Assembly: GCA_943350175.1 (NCBI GenBank)
Contig: CALQZX010000004.1
Coordinates: forward strand, 7,214 to 71,213
Reading direction: 5' to 3'
Length of the DNA stretch: 64,000 nucleotides
DNA from: Parcubacteria group bacterium
Lineage (GTDB): Bacteria > Patescibacteriota > Microgenomatia > UBA1400 > PJMF01
Shown here: positions 47,763 to 57,464 of the stretch, one piece after another
Position numbering within the stretch: position 1 is the first letter of the stretch
How the letters are laid out: each line of letters starts with the position of its first letter
Program-made: the position numbers and the translations under genes
Notes under the pieces: generated by a model
Told to the model about the DNA's origin: nothing
Databases searched by the model: none
What the model saw: the letters and a program-made list of their open reading frames with translations, nothing else

Positions 47763-48100
47763 TTAAAAAATGCTCCCCGACTAGGACTCGAACCTAGAAC
47801 CTTGAAGTTACATGACACCCTCTTGTTTCCAAGAGGCACGGACTATCTCATCATCCTTTATTTGTCGTCGTACCTAAGTACAACAAAAATAAAGGAGCAG
47901 GGCGCTTAGACAACCGGAGTTGTCACTGGTGTAATCACCTAGTCTCTGCACCTTCTCCATTACTGGAGCTTGGCTCAGGATCAGCTTGTTTACCAAAGTA
48001 AATTTAGCTTTCCCTGAGTTCACCCTGTTTTCATTTCCGCATTGCTGCGAAACGCTGCCAACTAAGACAGCTTCCTGCTCTGCCATTGAGCTATCGGGGA
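47763..48100 (-). tRNA. tRNA-Asn: tRNA-Asn(GUU) interrupted by a group I intron; exons 48067-48100 and 47763-47800; no encoded CCA
   Basis: 5' exon UCCCCGA-UA-GCUC-AAUGGCA-GAGC-A-GGAAG-CUGU. 3' exon UAA-CUUCA-AGGUU-CUAGG-UUCGAGU-CCUAG-UCGGGGA-G. Spliced anticodon loop CUGUUAA (same as E. coli tRNA-Asn). The 7-bp acceptor and T arm (CUAGG/UUCGAGU/CCUAG) fold cleanly. Confidence 0.8.
47801..48066 (-). ncRNA. group I self-splicing intron in the anticodon loop (between positions 35 and 36)
   Basis: 5-bp P1 formed by exon GCUGU and internal guide GCAGC, with the splice-site U-G wobble. Conserved R-like GCAGAGACUAGG and S-like GAGAUAGUCCG elements form P7 (GACUA/UAGUC). Terminal omega G in GUCAUG|UAA. 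Confidence 0.7.
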
Positions 48101-48161
48101 TTGTTCACTTGTTAAAAACAGATGCAATTTTATCAACTAATCAGACAAAATACCAGAGCTA

Positions 48162-48890
48162 TTAAACTCGCTCAATTTCTCCCACCACCGCCATGTGATC
48201 GCTAGTATTTGAGACAACTCTCACCTCTCCAGCACTGTAATGAGGAGTGGTAAAAAGAGCATCAACTATCAAACGAATGTCTTTGCCAGATTTATGTAAA
48301 TTTTTATCGATCGTCGTATCAATGTTTAAAGGAATATTATCAGTATATTTCTTGGCCAAATCATCCCAAATCTCAGCACCACGCTGAGTATTAAGGTCTC
48401 CGCAGATAATCAAATCATCAAATTTATTCAAGAACTCTTTCAAAAGAACATAATCTCTCTTCTGACCTTCGTTAACCATTGGGCCACCAGACCAAGTGAA
48501 GTGGACAGTGGCAACCTGGAAATCTCGCCCAGCAACCCTAGCCTTGACGACCAAGGCTACACGATCAGTTAAAGATGGATGATCGTTATCAAAAGTAGCT
48601 AAAACACCATTTTCATGGCCAAAATAATAAAAAGCTTCATGACTCACAATTTCTTTAGCAAAAACAGCCACCCCCCATGGACCTCTAAGGGGCAAGTGGT
48701 CATTGGGATTAATAATATTGGCTTGTGGATAAAAGAAGCAATTTTTAAGCCCAGAAGCTTCTTTAATCATCTCTAAATCACATTCGAAAATCTCTTGTAA
48801 AGCTAGCACATCTGGCTTTTCTGCCATCACAAATGGCAAAATACGCTCAAAATGTTTATTACCTTCAATGTTAATTGAGATAAATTTCAT
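48162..48890 (-). CDS. endonuclease/exonuclease/phosphatase (EEP) family protein
   Basis: N-terminal NIEG...LQE; C-terminal SDH motif typical of EEP hydrolases. Confidence 0.65.
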   Translation of the reverse strand: MKFISINIEGNKHFERILPFVMAEKPDVLALQEIFECDLEMIKEASGLKNCFFYPQANIINPNDHLPLRGPWGVAVFAKEIVSHEAFYYFGHENGVLATFDNDHPSLTDRVALVVKARVAGRDFQVATVHFTWSGGPMVNEGQKRDYVLLKEFLNKFDDLIICGDLNTQRGAEIWDDLAKKYTDNIPLNIDTTIDKNLHKSGKDIRLIVDALFTTPHYSAGEVRVVSNTSDHMAVVGEIERV

Positions 48891-48902
48891 AGGCAGAGGA
48901 AA

Positions 48903-50054
48903 TTATTCCAAGAAATCTTGTAATTTCTTACGTTTGCTTGGATGCTTGAGCTTACGTAGAGCCTTAGCTTCAATCTGACGAATACGCTCACGAGTGACAC
49001 CAAATTCTTTACCAACTTCTTCCAAAGTCATAGTTCTGTTGCCAGCTAGACCAAAACGCATGCGCAAAACTTTGGCTTCACGATCAGATAAAGCTTTCAA
49101 AACTTCTTCGACATTCTCAGACAGCATTTGTTTACTGGTGGTGTCATAAGGACTGTCTTGCTTATCGTCAGCAATAAAATCTCCAAGGGTACTGTCATCT
49201 TCACCGTCACCAACTGGAGTTTCCAGAGAAGTGGTATTTTGAGAAATCTTGAGAATCTCGCGGACCTTTTCCGGCTCCAATTCCATCTTTTCACCAATCT
49301 CTTCTGGGGTAGGTTCACGGCCCAAATCTTGCATCAGACGGCGTGAGGTACGCATTAATTTATTAATGGTTTCAACCATGTGAACAGGAATACGAATGGT
49401 ACGAGCCTGATCAGCAATGGAACGAGTAATAGCTTGGCGAATCCACCAGGTAGCGTAAGTGGAAAATTTGAAACCTTTGGTCCAATCATATTTCTCCACA
49501 GCGCGAATCAAACCTTTGTTACCTTCTTGAATCAAATCTAGGAAAGTCATGCCGCGACCAATGTATTTCTTGGCGATGGAAACGACTAAACGCAAGTTGG
49601 CATCGATGAGGCCTTTTTTGGCTTTATCACTACCAGACTCAACTTCTTGAGCAAGACGAATTTCTTCCTCTCTATTTAGCAAAGGTATACGACCGATTTC
49701 TTTGAGGTACATTCTGACAGGATCAGAAACACCCACACTACCAAGATTGGCTAGAACATCCAATTCTTGCTTGAGCACATCTTCATCACCAGCAGTTTCA
49801 TCTTTGGAAACTGATTCGAAAATATCAATGCTTTTCTTGAAAAAACGATCGTACAGATCATCAAGTTCCTCGACGTAAATTTCTGGTTCCACAAAAACAT
49901 CCAAGATCTCATCTTGAGTGACATAGCCACGAGAGCTAGCAACTTTGAAGAGTTGTTTGATGTCTTCTATTAGAGATTTAGGAATTTTTTTGACTTTTTC
50001 TGCTTTTTCTACTGGGGTTTTTTCTACTGACTTGTCGGGGGTTTTATCGGTCAT
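48903..50054 (-). CDS. rpoD: RNA polymerase primary sigma factor (sigma-70 family)
   Basis: regions 1.2-4; [35 protein letters not shown]. Confidence 0.9.
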   Translation of the reverse strand: MTDKTPDKSVEKTPVEKAEKVKKIPKSLIEDIKQLFKVASSRGYVTQDEILDVFVEPEIYVEELDDLYDRFFKKSIDIFESVSKDETAGDEDVLKQELDVLANLGSVGVSDPVRMYLKEIGRIPLLNREEEIRLAQEVESGSDKAKKGLIDANLRLVVSIAKKYIGRGMTFLDLIQEGNKGLIRAVEKYDWTKGFKFSTYATWWIRQAITRSIADQARTIRIPVHMVETINKLMRTSRRLMQDLGREPTPEEIGEKMELEPEKVREILKISQNTTSLETPVGDGEDDSTLGDFIADDKQDSPYDTTSKQMLSENVEEVLKALSDREAKVLRMRFGLAGNRTMTLEEVGKEFGVTRERIRQIEAKALRKLKHPSKRKKLQDFLE

Positions 50055-50059
50055 AAGAT

Positions 50060-50246
50060 TAGATTCGTAGCGAAATAAAAATGAGTTAATTAATAATAGA
50101 TTTTACGATATTTTAGTCTTTTCTGATGACGATAGTAGCTTAGTCTACTTGAGGAAGAAGAAAAGAAATAAAATACGTAAAAGATAAATTAAGAAACCGT
50201 TTTTTATTTCGCTACGAATCTAAGTGTATAATTATACACTTAGATT
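50060..50246 (-). promoter_or_regulatory. structured rpoD leader: 30-bp perfect palindrome overlapping a -10-like TGTATAAT, and a 22-bp long-range inverted repeat whose 3' arm ends 5 nt before the start codon
   Basis: palindrome AATCTAAGTGTATAATTATACACTTAGATT at 50217-50246; arms TAGATTCGTAGCGAAATAAAAA at 50060-50081 and its exact reverse complement at 50201-50222. Confidence 0.45.
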
Positions 50247-50316
50247 GCCAAAAAGCAACAACTAAAGGAGGAAAACCCACTTGCAAAAAGCTTGACAAAA
50301 AAATGAAATAAAAAAA

Positions 50317-51093
50317 TTAGAACAAAGGCCACTCTAAAGTTGGAGTAAGAAAAACTGGTTTTCTGGCTTGAACAACAACCATGTATTCGAACATCGCTGC
50401 TTTGGCACCTGAAGTGGACTTGATGGTCCAGCCATCTTCTTCCATGTAAACACCATCGTCCTCTGAAGCAATTACTTGGGCTTCTACGCACAAAACTTCA
50501 CCTCTTCTTAGAGTCAGGCCATTGCGAATTTTTCCCCAAGCTGGAATCTGTGGTTCATCATGCATGGTAAAACCAATGCCATGGCCAACAAATTCTTTGA
50601 CTGTGCTGAAACCTGCTTTTTCTGCCACGCTGGCCATAGTAAAACCAAGATCTCCCACTTGATTGCCAATAATTGCTTTGCGAGCCGCTTCTTGAACACT
50701 GCGGCGAGCAACTTTCATCAAACGCAAATCTTCTTCGCTTGGTTGGCCAATCGATTTGGTAAAACAGTGATCAGTGTAGAAACCGTCTTCGATAATGCCA
50801 AAGTCAACTTTAACCATGTCACCCTGAACCAGGGGAATATCTGTTGGAATGCCGTGCACTACGCCATCATTAACCCCGATACAAGTTGTGTAACGATAAG
50901 GATTTTTTCTGGAACCAACGCCTTTGAAAGCTGGAATAACGTTATTCTTTTGACAAAGTTTCTCTGCTAATTTATCGATTTCAATAGGGGTCGCTCCTTC
51001 AACAGTGGCCTGCCAAAGTTGCCATAGAATATCAGTCGATTTCTTACCGATTTCTTGGTATCTAGCTAATTGATGGTCAGAGTTAATAATCAT
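50317..51093 (-). CDS. map: type I methionine aminopeptidase
   Basis: metal-ligand context FVGHGIG, TMHDEPQIP and full pita-bread fold length. Confidence 0.85.
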   Translation of the reverse strand: MIINSDHQLARYQEIGKKSTDILWQLWQATVEGATPIEIDKLAEKLCQKNNVIPAFKGVGSRKNPYRYTTCIGVNDGVVHGIPTDIPLVQGDMVKVDFGIIEDGFYTDHCFTKSIGQPSEEDLRLMKVARRSVQEAARKAIIGNQVGDLGFTMASVAEKAGFSTVKEFVGHGIGFTMHDEPQIPAWGKIRNGLTLRRGEVLCVEAQVIASEDDGVYMEEDGWTIKSTSGAKAAMFEYMVVVQARKPVFLTPTLEWPLF

Positions 51094-51126
51094 AATCTAG
51101 ATCTGTATTTTAACACTTCAAATCAA

Positions 51127-52497
51127 TTAATTCTGATTGAACCTATAAACGTTACCATCGGTCAATTTTGTTAACTGCTCATTCACGAGATCAATTTTGA
51201 CCAAATAGCTTTTGCCATTATCATGGGTGGAACCAGTTTCATTGACACTAGTGACAAAAGTGCTTTCATCTAACCACCAGCCATAAATAGAGTAAGAGCT
51301 TGTTTTTGATTCTGGGGTCGCTCTTTTGATTTGGCCAGTTTTGAAATCATAATAGTGTAAGCTATCAATTGCTCTATTCTGACCATCTAGGTTTGATCTC
51401 ATATAGAGAAACTTACTCTCTTCTGGAGAAACTGAAGCAAATGGCTGAATATCAGCCCAACGACCGCTATCTAGAACTTTAGTTTCCTTGGTATTTAAAT
51501 TATATAAACCAAGCACTGACGAAGAAGCTTGGCCAGGAACATCACCGGTTTGACCCTCAATCTTTACTATGAAGTTTGATTTCAGAAATGGCGTGGCTCC
51601 ATAACCAAAAGTATCAGCTGGATGAACCATGGAAATTTGCTTGGTCATAAGATCCATTACTTTGAGACCATTCTTCTGATATTCCATGCTAATGAAATAA
51701 AGCTTTTTGTTCTCCAAATCCCACTTGGAAACAATTACGGATTCTCCGAGTGAGATGTTAGTTTTAGTGACAAAATCATAAAGATAATCGCCATTTGGCA
51801 GATTTGGTTCTGAACTTGGTTCGCAAGGACCAAAACCACCTTCAAATCCTGGCTCAATCGTCATTGGAGGACAGGCTTCAGAAAAGAAAACCCCATAAAC
51901 GAGCATTGAGCCGTCTGGAGCAATGTTACTTAGACTATTAATAGTTATCGATTCATTCACTTCTGGTTTTGGATGTTTAATCAATTCGTATTCTTTAGTT
52001 TCTCCATTCAAAATGTCTTTTATGTAAATAGTTCCACTCACATCAGCCTGCGAAGGAGCAGGATTTTTCGTGAAGAAAACTTTTGAGCTATTTGGGTATT
52101 TAAAAACTGAATAAAAATCTGGCAATTCAATTTGCTTTTTATCGCCATTTAGCGTCAGCAGCCAAGCTTGGAGATCATGAGACACATCTTTATTTGGATC
52201 CACGGTAAACAGAAATTCTGTTTCTATTTTCTGAGTAACCGGAGCAATGGGGGTCGCTGTTGAAGTTTCTGGATTTTCTGCCAATTCGGCTTGATCGCTG
52301 GTGATATTTTCAGAAACCACCGGAGTTTGTTTATTGAAAAAATAACCAAGAAAAAAAGCCAAAATAATCAGTAAAGCGGTTAAAAAGGGAAAAATAACTG
52401 GTTTCTTTGGTTTTATTTGTTCTGTTGTTGGAATCTGCGTTTCTTGAGTTTGTTCCACCGTCATCGGTTGTTGAGAGATATTTTCCATAATACCCAT
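51127..52497 (-). CDS. membrane-anchored hypothetical protein with large extracytoplasmic (beta-propeller-like) domain
   Basis: N-terminal TM after a Thr/Gln-rich head; no catalytic motifs. Confidence 0.5.
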   Translation of the reverse strand: MGIMENISQQPMTVEQTQETQIPTTEQIKPKKPVIFPFLTALLIILAFFLGYFFNKQTPVVSENITSDQAELAENPETSTATPIAPVTQKIETEFLFTVDPNKDVSHDLQAWLLTLNGDKKQIELPDFYSVFKYPNSSKVFFTKNPAPSQADVSGTIYIKDILNGETKEYELIKHPKPEVNESITINSLSNIAPDGSMLVYGVFFSEACPPMTIEPGFEGGFGPCEPSSEPNLPNGDYLYDFVTKTNISLGESVIVSKWDLENKKLYFISMEYQKNGLKVMDLMTKQISMVHPADTFGYGATPFLKSNFIVKIEGQTGDVPGQASSSVLGLYNLNTKETKVLDSGRWADIQPFASVSPEESKFLYMRSNLDGQNRAIDSLHYYDFKTGQIKRATPESKTSSYSIYGWWLDESTFVTSVNETGSTHDNGKSYLVKIDLVNEQLTKLTDGNVYRFNQN

Positions 52498-53705
52498 TAG
52501 ATCACAAACTGGCCATCCTGGTAAATCAGCACTTCTTTACCACTCTGTAAAACCGCCGTGACAGTTCGATCAGTGGTGGTCATCATGTCGGTGTGTTCAG
52601 CAGAATCGTTAAAACCCATGTCTTCCCATTCTTGCGGAGTAACTTTGCTTGGATCACCGCGGAAACAATCTTTGTAAGCCATACCAATGGCTAAGTGAGA
52701 ATTGCCATAACGACCGCCGATGTTTTCATCGAATAAAGTTTCTGCCATTACGTGAGTAATGCGTGACATACGCTTATCAGTCATAGAAAATTCACCGAAT
52801 TTATTAGCATCTTTGGTTTCCAACATGGTCTGCAAAAACTTATCACCTTGTGTAGCCTTGGCTTCGACGATGAGACCGTGCTCAACTCTCAAGTAAATTC
52901 CTTTAATAATGTTGCCATAGCGATAAAGTGGTTCATTAAACTTGATCCAGCCATCAACTTCTCTCCAATCTGGAGAAGTAAAGATTTCAAAGCTTGGTAT
53001 ATTGCGACCACTGCCGCCCTGCCAAATACGATTGGCACCAATTTTAACCTTCAAATCGACATCTTCACCTTTGACCAAAACGTACTCAATTTTCATGTCA
53101 TTGAGTTTATTTTTCACTTCTTCTTGAGTGGCCAAGATTTCTTTCCATTTGGCCACTGGATCAACCTCATCCAAGAAACAAGCATCGATGATTTGTTGCC
53201 AATAGTCTTTGAGGCTAAGTCCGACTTCTTTGGCCTTGGCTTCTACGCCCCAAAGAGCGACTGTCCAGGTAAATTTGCCGTGATTTTCTTTATCAACCAA
53301 CCAATCACGATAAGACTTCTGAGTGTTGCGAGCCAACATGATCTTGTGTGGATTAACTTCTGATAATTCGGAAGAGTCTGGCTCAGCAATGATACTTATT
53401 TGATGATCAAGTAATTCAGCTTTAGCTCTGGAAAATTCACGAGGGAAAAAGCTTAATTGCTCATCATTGGCTAGAGTATAAAAATCTTTATCAAAACCAG
53501 TTGGAATTAAGCGCATGATGGGATGAGCGCCAGCCTTAAGCAAAGTGTTTTGCAAAGCTAAAGCCATAGGCTTAGCCACATCTGGCACACTACACTGCAC
53601 GACTTCACCTTTTTTCACTCCTGCTCCAGAATTAAGAGCAAAGTTGACCAAGACGTGAGCGTACTTGTCGATAATATTTTGTGGGGGTTGATAGGAATCT
53701 GACAT
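52497..53705 (-). CDS. aminopeptidase, M29 (AmpS/PepS/aminopeptidase T) family
   Basis: N-terminal YAHVLVNFALN..G..KGE.V; family-typical length. ORF-track start at 53771 is a TTG; ATG at 53705 preferred. Confidence 0.6.
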   Translation of the reverse strand: MSDSYQPPQNIIDKYAHVLVNFALNSGAGVKKGEVVQCSVPDVAKPMALALQNTLLKAGAHPIMRLIPTGFDKDFYTLANDEQLSFFPREFSRAKAELLDHQISIIAEPDSSELSEVNPHKIMLARNTQKSYRDWLVDKENHGKFTWTVALWGVEAKAKEVGLSLKDYWQQIIDACFLDEVDPVAKWKEILATQEEVKNKLNDMKIEYVLVKGEDVDLKVKIGANRIWQGGSGRNIPSFEIFTSPDWREVDGWIKFNEPLYRYGNIIKGIYLRVEHGLIVEAKATQGDKFLQTMLETKDANKFGEFSMTDKRMSRITHVMAETLFDENIGGRYGNSHLAIGMAYKDCFRGDPSKVTPQEWEDMGFNDSAEHTDMMTTTDRTVTAVLQSGKEVLIYQDGQFVI

Positions 53706-53764
53706 GGTTTTCAATTGTACTAAAGATTTGCTAAATTGTGATAAGATAATTTCAATAAAAAAAT

Positions 53765-54373
53765 ATGTCAATCAATTACTACACCCCAAGCAAAGAGTTA
53801 GAAATCGCAGAGAATATTTTTAAAACCAAAATAGATGGTCTTTTTTATTTGCGCTATAAAAAATTTATTGATGAGCGAGGTTTTTTCTCCCAAATTTTGG
53901 AGCCAGAAAGAATAAAGGCTGCCGGCATTAATCCCAACTTTCAAATCAAACAAATCAATTTGTCAGTTTCTAGAAGTAAAATTGCTAGAGGCATTCATAC
54001 TGAAGGCTGGAATAAATTAATCACAGTTATTCAGGGTCATGCTTTTTGTGCTTTAGCTGATGTTCGTAATGATTCCAAAACTTATAAAAATGTTGAATAT
54101 TTTGATTTCATCGCCGATCCGAATAATGAATGGGGTGAAAGTCTTTATATTAGCAAGAAAATTGGTAATTCCGTCTGCGCAGTTGAAGGCCCAATGCATT
54201 ATCTCTATGGCGTTGACATGCTCTATCATGAGAGAAATAAAGCTGACGATTTGGCTGTTTCCATTTTTGATCCAGACTTGAATATCCAATGGCCATTCGC
54301 CAAAGAAGAAATGATCATTTCACAAAGAGACATCGACAGCATCACTTTGAAGGAATTGTACGGAGAAAGCTAA
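53765..54373 (+). CDS. dTDP-4-dehydrorhamnose 3,5-epimerase (RmlC)-like cupin
   Basis: ERGFFSQ, RGIHTE and cupin beta-strand pattern. Confidence 0.6.
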   Translation: MSINYYTPSKELEIAENIFKTKIDGLFYLRYKKFIDERGFFSQILEPERIKAAGINPNFQIKQINLSVSRSKIARGIHTEGWNKLITVIQGHAFCALADVRNDSKTYKNVEYFDFIADPNNEWGESLYISKKIGNSVCAVEGPMHYLYGVDMLYHERNKADDLAVSIFDPDLNIQWPFAKEEMIISQRDIDSITLKELYGES

Positions 54374-57300
54374 GCGAGCGAATCTCTGCCATCACTTCTT
54401 TAATTAATTGTTTTAAGTCAGCGACTTCTTCTTCTGTAGTGATGTAGGCGTGAGCCACGTGCTGATCACTGCCTTTTTCCTTTGGTTCGATGAATTCGAA
54501 AACTGCCTCACTAACCTGCCAATTGGGATTAATTGTTCTGTCCAAATCTAAAAGAATTTTATAGAAAATTAACTGGCGCTTGTATGGACCACGAATTGTT
54601 TCTGGCAAAGCCAATTCTCTTTCTGAGAAATCTTTTTGATAAGTTTTACTAGCCGCCTCAATGCCACCGCGAGTTTTTGGTGTGCCAGTTTTGTAGTCAT
54701 AGACTTTCAATAAGCCGCGCTCTGCGTCGATCAGATCAATGCGATCTATTTTTCCAGAAAGTTGAATGTCACCTAAAAATGTTTTGCGACTGCCGCCAAA
54801 ACTGCGCTCTACATCAAAAACATTGACTGGTGTTATTAGGCGATCTTGATAATAGCTACTTAAAATCGTAGTGCCATATTTGAGTCGATCCTCCAAATCA
54901 CTCTTACTTAAAACTTCTTTTTGCAAGGCATTCTGGTATTCGGTCAACAAAAACCCTAAGTTTGGAACTTGCTTAGTTTGTTTCTCTAATTTATAGAATC
55001 TCTCCAAAGCAGCGTGAACGGCGGTTCCAAAAGACATAAAAGTCTGTTTAGCTCTTGGAATACGAAGTAAATTATTTTCCAAAAATTCCTGAGGGTCACG
55101 CAAATAAGTATTAAGCGCCGTCACTGATAATTGGAAATCTTTGACGATTGTTTCTAGAAACTCTCTTTCATTGTTGGCAAAAGAGCGAACTGGTTTTGGC
55201 GACATCAACTTGCTTAAATAAGTTTCTGTTTGATCGATGATTTTTTGATTCTTATCTTCATCTAAAAATGAAGTCTGTAGCTTCATCTCAATTTCCTTCA
55301 ATTCTTCCAAAAAGATTGAAGGAAACTTGTCACTGATTTGATTATTTTCAATAATTTTTTCTGGATAGCTGATATAAACTTGTTTCTTTGCACGAGTTAA
55401 AGCCACATAAAAAAGACGACGATCATCTTCATTGCGTTCTTTCTCTGATAAATCAGTATTTTTTATGATGCCTGATGGCAATTTAATTTTGCTATTGTCT
55501 CTTTGATTGCCCCACTTTTTATCCACCAAATTAATTAAGAAAACATGTTCCCACTCCATACCCTTAGCGCTGTGAACGGTGGACAGATAGACTGCGTCTT
55601 TATTAGCAATTAAATCTTTGCTTTGAATTTTGATTTTATGATCTTTATAAACTTCAATTTGAGACAGAAAATCATTCAGTTTTAATTGATGATTTTTATC
55701 TAACATCGCTTTGACTTCAGCGAATAAAGAATTAAGAATAGTAATTTGCTCAAAACTATCCGGTAAATTTTTTAAATAAGTTAGGAAAGAAAAACCCTCA
55801 TCTGAAATTAATTCTTCAAAGAAATGATTGAAAGTTAATAACTGATCTTTAGCAGCAAAATCTCTTAATTTATCTAGGAATGCAGTAATTGATGAAAATT
55901 GTTCTTCTGTGATTTCTTGGCCAACTAATTCTTGATTGATGAAGCTTAATCCTCTGGCAATTAGGTCATAAAGATCCAGCTTCAACTTGCCAGCCACTCT
56001 GCCTAATTTCATGACTACCAAAGAATCCAAATTTAACCAAGAGAAATTCATCACTCTGTATAAAAGATCGACTTCCTTGGCTTCCCTAATGTTAGAAATC
56101 AGCGTCATCAAACAAATTAGTTCGTCAATATATTCATTAAGCAGAACATCATTGCCTTTATTTAATTGATAGGGAATTTCCCATTTCTCCAAAGCTTGAA
56201 CAAGATCATTGGCATCAGAATGATTTCTGTACAAAACTGCCATTTGCGAAAAATCTGTTCCAGCTTTTTTAAGTTTGGTAATTTCTTCAGCCACTACCAC
56301 TGCTTCTAAAACTTGCGAAGGGGCTTTGAAAAATTTAATTTTTTCACCAAAACCTTTAGGGCTTTTTAGATTAGTGACTAACTGAATCTTTTTATCAACT
56401 CCACCAGCCTGAGACAGTTTATTGTAAGAAATTATTTGAGTGGCTAAATCATAAATATTTTGCGGACAACGATAGGCAGTGTCCAAAGTGATGACTGTGG
56501 CATTTGGATAGTTGCGAGTGAAGGCTAAAACATTTTCAATGCTAGCTCCTTGGAAACGATAGATAGCCTGATTTGGATCACCGACAGCGAAGAGATCAGC
56601 CATGCCCTCTTTTTCTTCCCAATAAGAAACCAAAAGATTGATGAGTTTATTCTGCGCAGAATTGGTATCTTGGTATTCATCGACCAGAAAATAATGTAAA
56701 TTCTCCTGATATTCACGAAGTAAAATTTCATTGGCAGAAAAAGCATCGACCACAAAATTAATCATGTCGTCATAATCGAAACGAACAGTTTCTCTCAAAC
56801 GATCCTGATAAGTTTGATAGAGTAAAAGTAAGTTTTTATTTTTTAAAAACTTTTTTTCAAAACTGGCGATTTTGGTTTTGTTTTTACTAGTTTCTTTGAA
56901 TTCTGCGAGTTCTTGCTCCTGCGCCGTCACCATATCCTCAAACTGCAACACAGAAATTCCTTCTCTTTTGAGATCAGAAATTGCCTTGATTATGTCGTTG
57001 ATATAAAAATATTGATCATTGAGTGGTCGCAAGTGTTCTGGCTTTAACTCATCCAACAAATTTTCAAAAAGTTGATAACGATCTAAATCATTTAAATGTT
57101 CACTTTCTCGCTGCAGAGGAAAACATTCTCCGTGATCAGCAATCACCTGGCGACAAAAAGAATGAAAAGTACTGATGTTAACGTAATAAGCATCTTTGCC
57201 AATGATTTTTAACAAACGCTCGCGCATATTTTTGGCGGCTGCTTCAGTGAAAGTTAGAGCTAAAATTGTATCTGGACGAGCATCAGTTTGTTGCAGAATA

Positions 57301-57452
57301 TTGGCAATACGAAGCGACAAAACTTGAGTTTTACCAGTTCCAGGACCAGCAATTAATAAAAGTGGACCTTGTTCGATATGATCAACAGCGGCTTGTTGTA
57401 GAGGATTGAGACTTTGATAAGCTAATTCAAAATTGGTCATTATTATTCGCAA
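54342..57452 (-). CDS. UvrD/PcrA/AddA-like superfamily 1 helicase with C-terminal PD-(D/E)XK nuclease domain
   Basis: Walker A AGPGTGKTQV, DEYQDT, helicase motifs III-VI, C-terminal nuclease-like segment; 1036 aa. Confidence 0.75.
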   Translation of the reverse strand: MRIIMTNFELAYQSLNPLQQAAVDHIEQGPLLLIAGPGTGKTQVLSLRIANILQQTDARPDTILALTFTEAAAKNMRERLLKIIGKDAYYVNISTFHSFCRQVIADHGECFPLQRESEHLNDLDRYQLFENLLDELKPEHLRPLNDQYFYINDIIKAISDLKREGISVLQFEDMVTAQEQELAEFKETSKNKTKIASFEKKFLKNKNLLLLYQTYQDRLRETVRFDYDDMINFVVDAFSANEILLREYQENLHYFLVDEYQDTNSAQNKLINLLVSYWEEKEGMADLFAVGDPNQAIYRFQGASIENVLAFTRNYPNATVITLDTAYRCPQNIYDLATQIISYNKLSQAGGVDKKIQLVTNLKSPKGFGEKIKFFKAPSQVLEAVVVAEEITKLKKAGTDFSQMAVLYRNHSDANDLVQALEKWEIPYQLNKGNDVLLNEYIDELICLMTLISNIREAKEVDLLYRVMNFSWLNLDSLVVMKLGRVAGKLKLDLYDLIARGLSFINQELVGQEITEEQFSSITAFLDKLRDFAAKDQLLTFNHFFEELISDEGFSFLTYLKNLPDSFEQITILNSLFAEVKAMLDKNHQLKLNDFLSQIEVYKDHKIKIQSKDLIANKDAVYLSTVHSAKGMEWEHVFLINLVDKKWGNQRDNSKIKLPSGIIKNTDLSEKERNEDDRRLFYVALTRAKKQVYISYPEKIIENNQISDKFPSIFLEELKEIEMKLQTSFLDEDKNQKIIDQTETYLSKLMSPKPVRSFANNEREFLETIVKDFQLSVTALNTYLRDPQEFLENNLLRIPRAKQTFMSFGTAVHAALERFYKLEKQTKQVPNLGFLLTEYQNALQKEVLSKSDLEDRLKYGTTILSSYYQDRLITPVNVFDVERSFGGSRKTFLGDIQLSGKIDRIDLIDAERGLLKVYDYKTGTPKTRGGIEAASKTYQKDFSERELALPETIRGPYKRQLIFYKILLDLDRTINPNWQVSEAVFEFIEPKEKGSDQHVAHAYITTEEEVADLKQLIKEVMAEIRSLSFLRTIPSK

Positions 57453-57464
57453 TTAATATTCTAA

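Noticed and set aside
47874-48086. 70-aa ORF on the same strand inside the tRNA intron (possible homing endonuclease)
   Set aside because: It starts inside tRNA exon 1 and spans the intron's catalytic core elements. It has no LAGLIDADG, GIY-YIG or HNH motif and is too short, so it is most likely a chance ORF.
52848-53363. 171-aa plus-strand ORF inside the M29 aminopeptidase gene
   Set aside because: It is antisense to a well-supported gene and is an AT-rich chance ORF.
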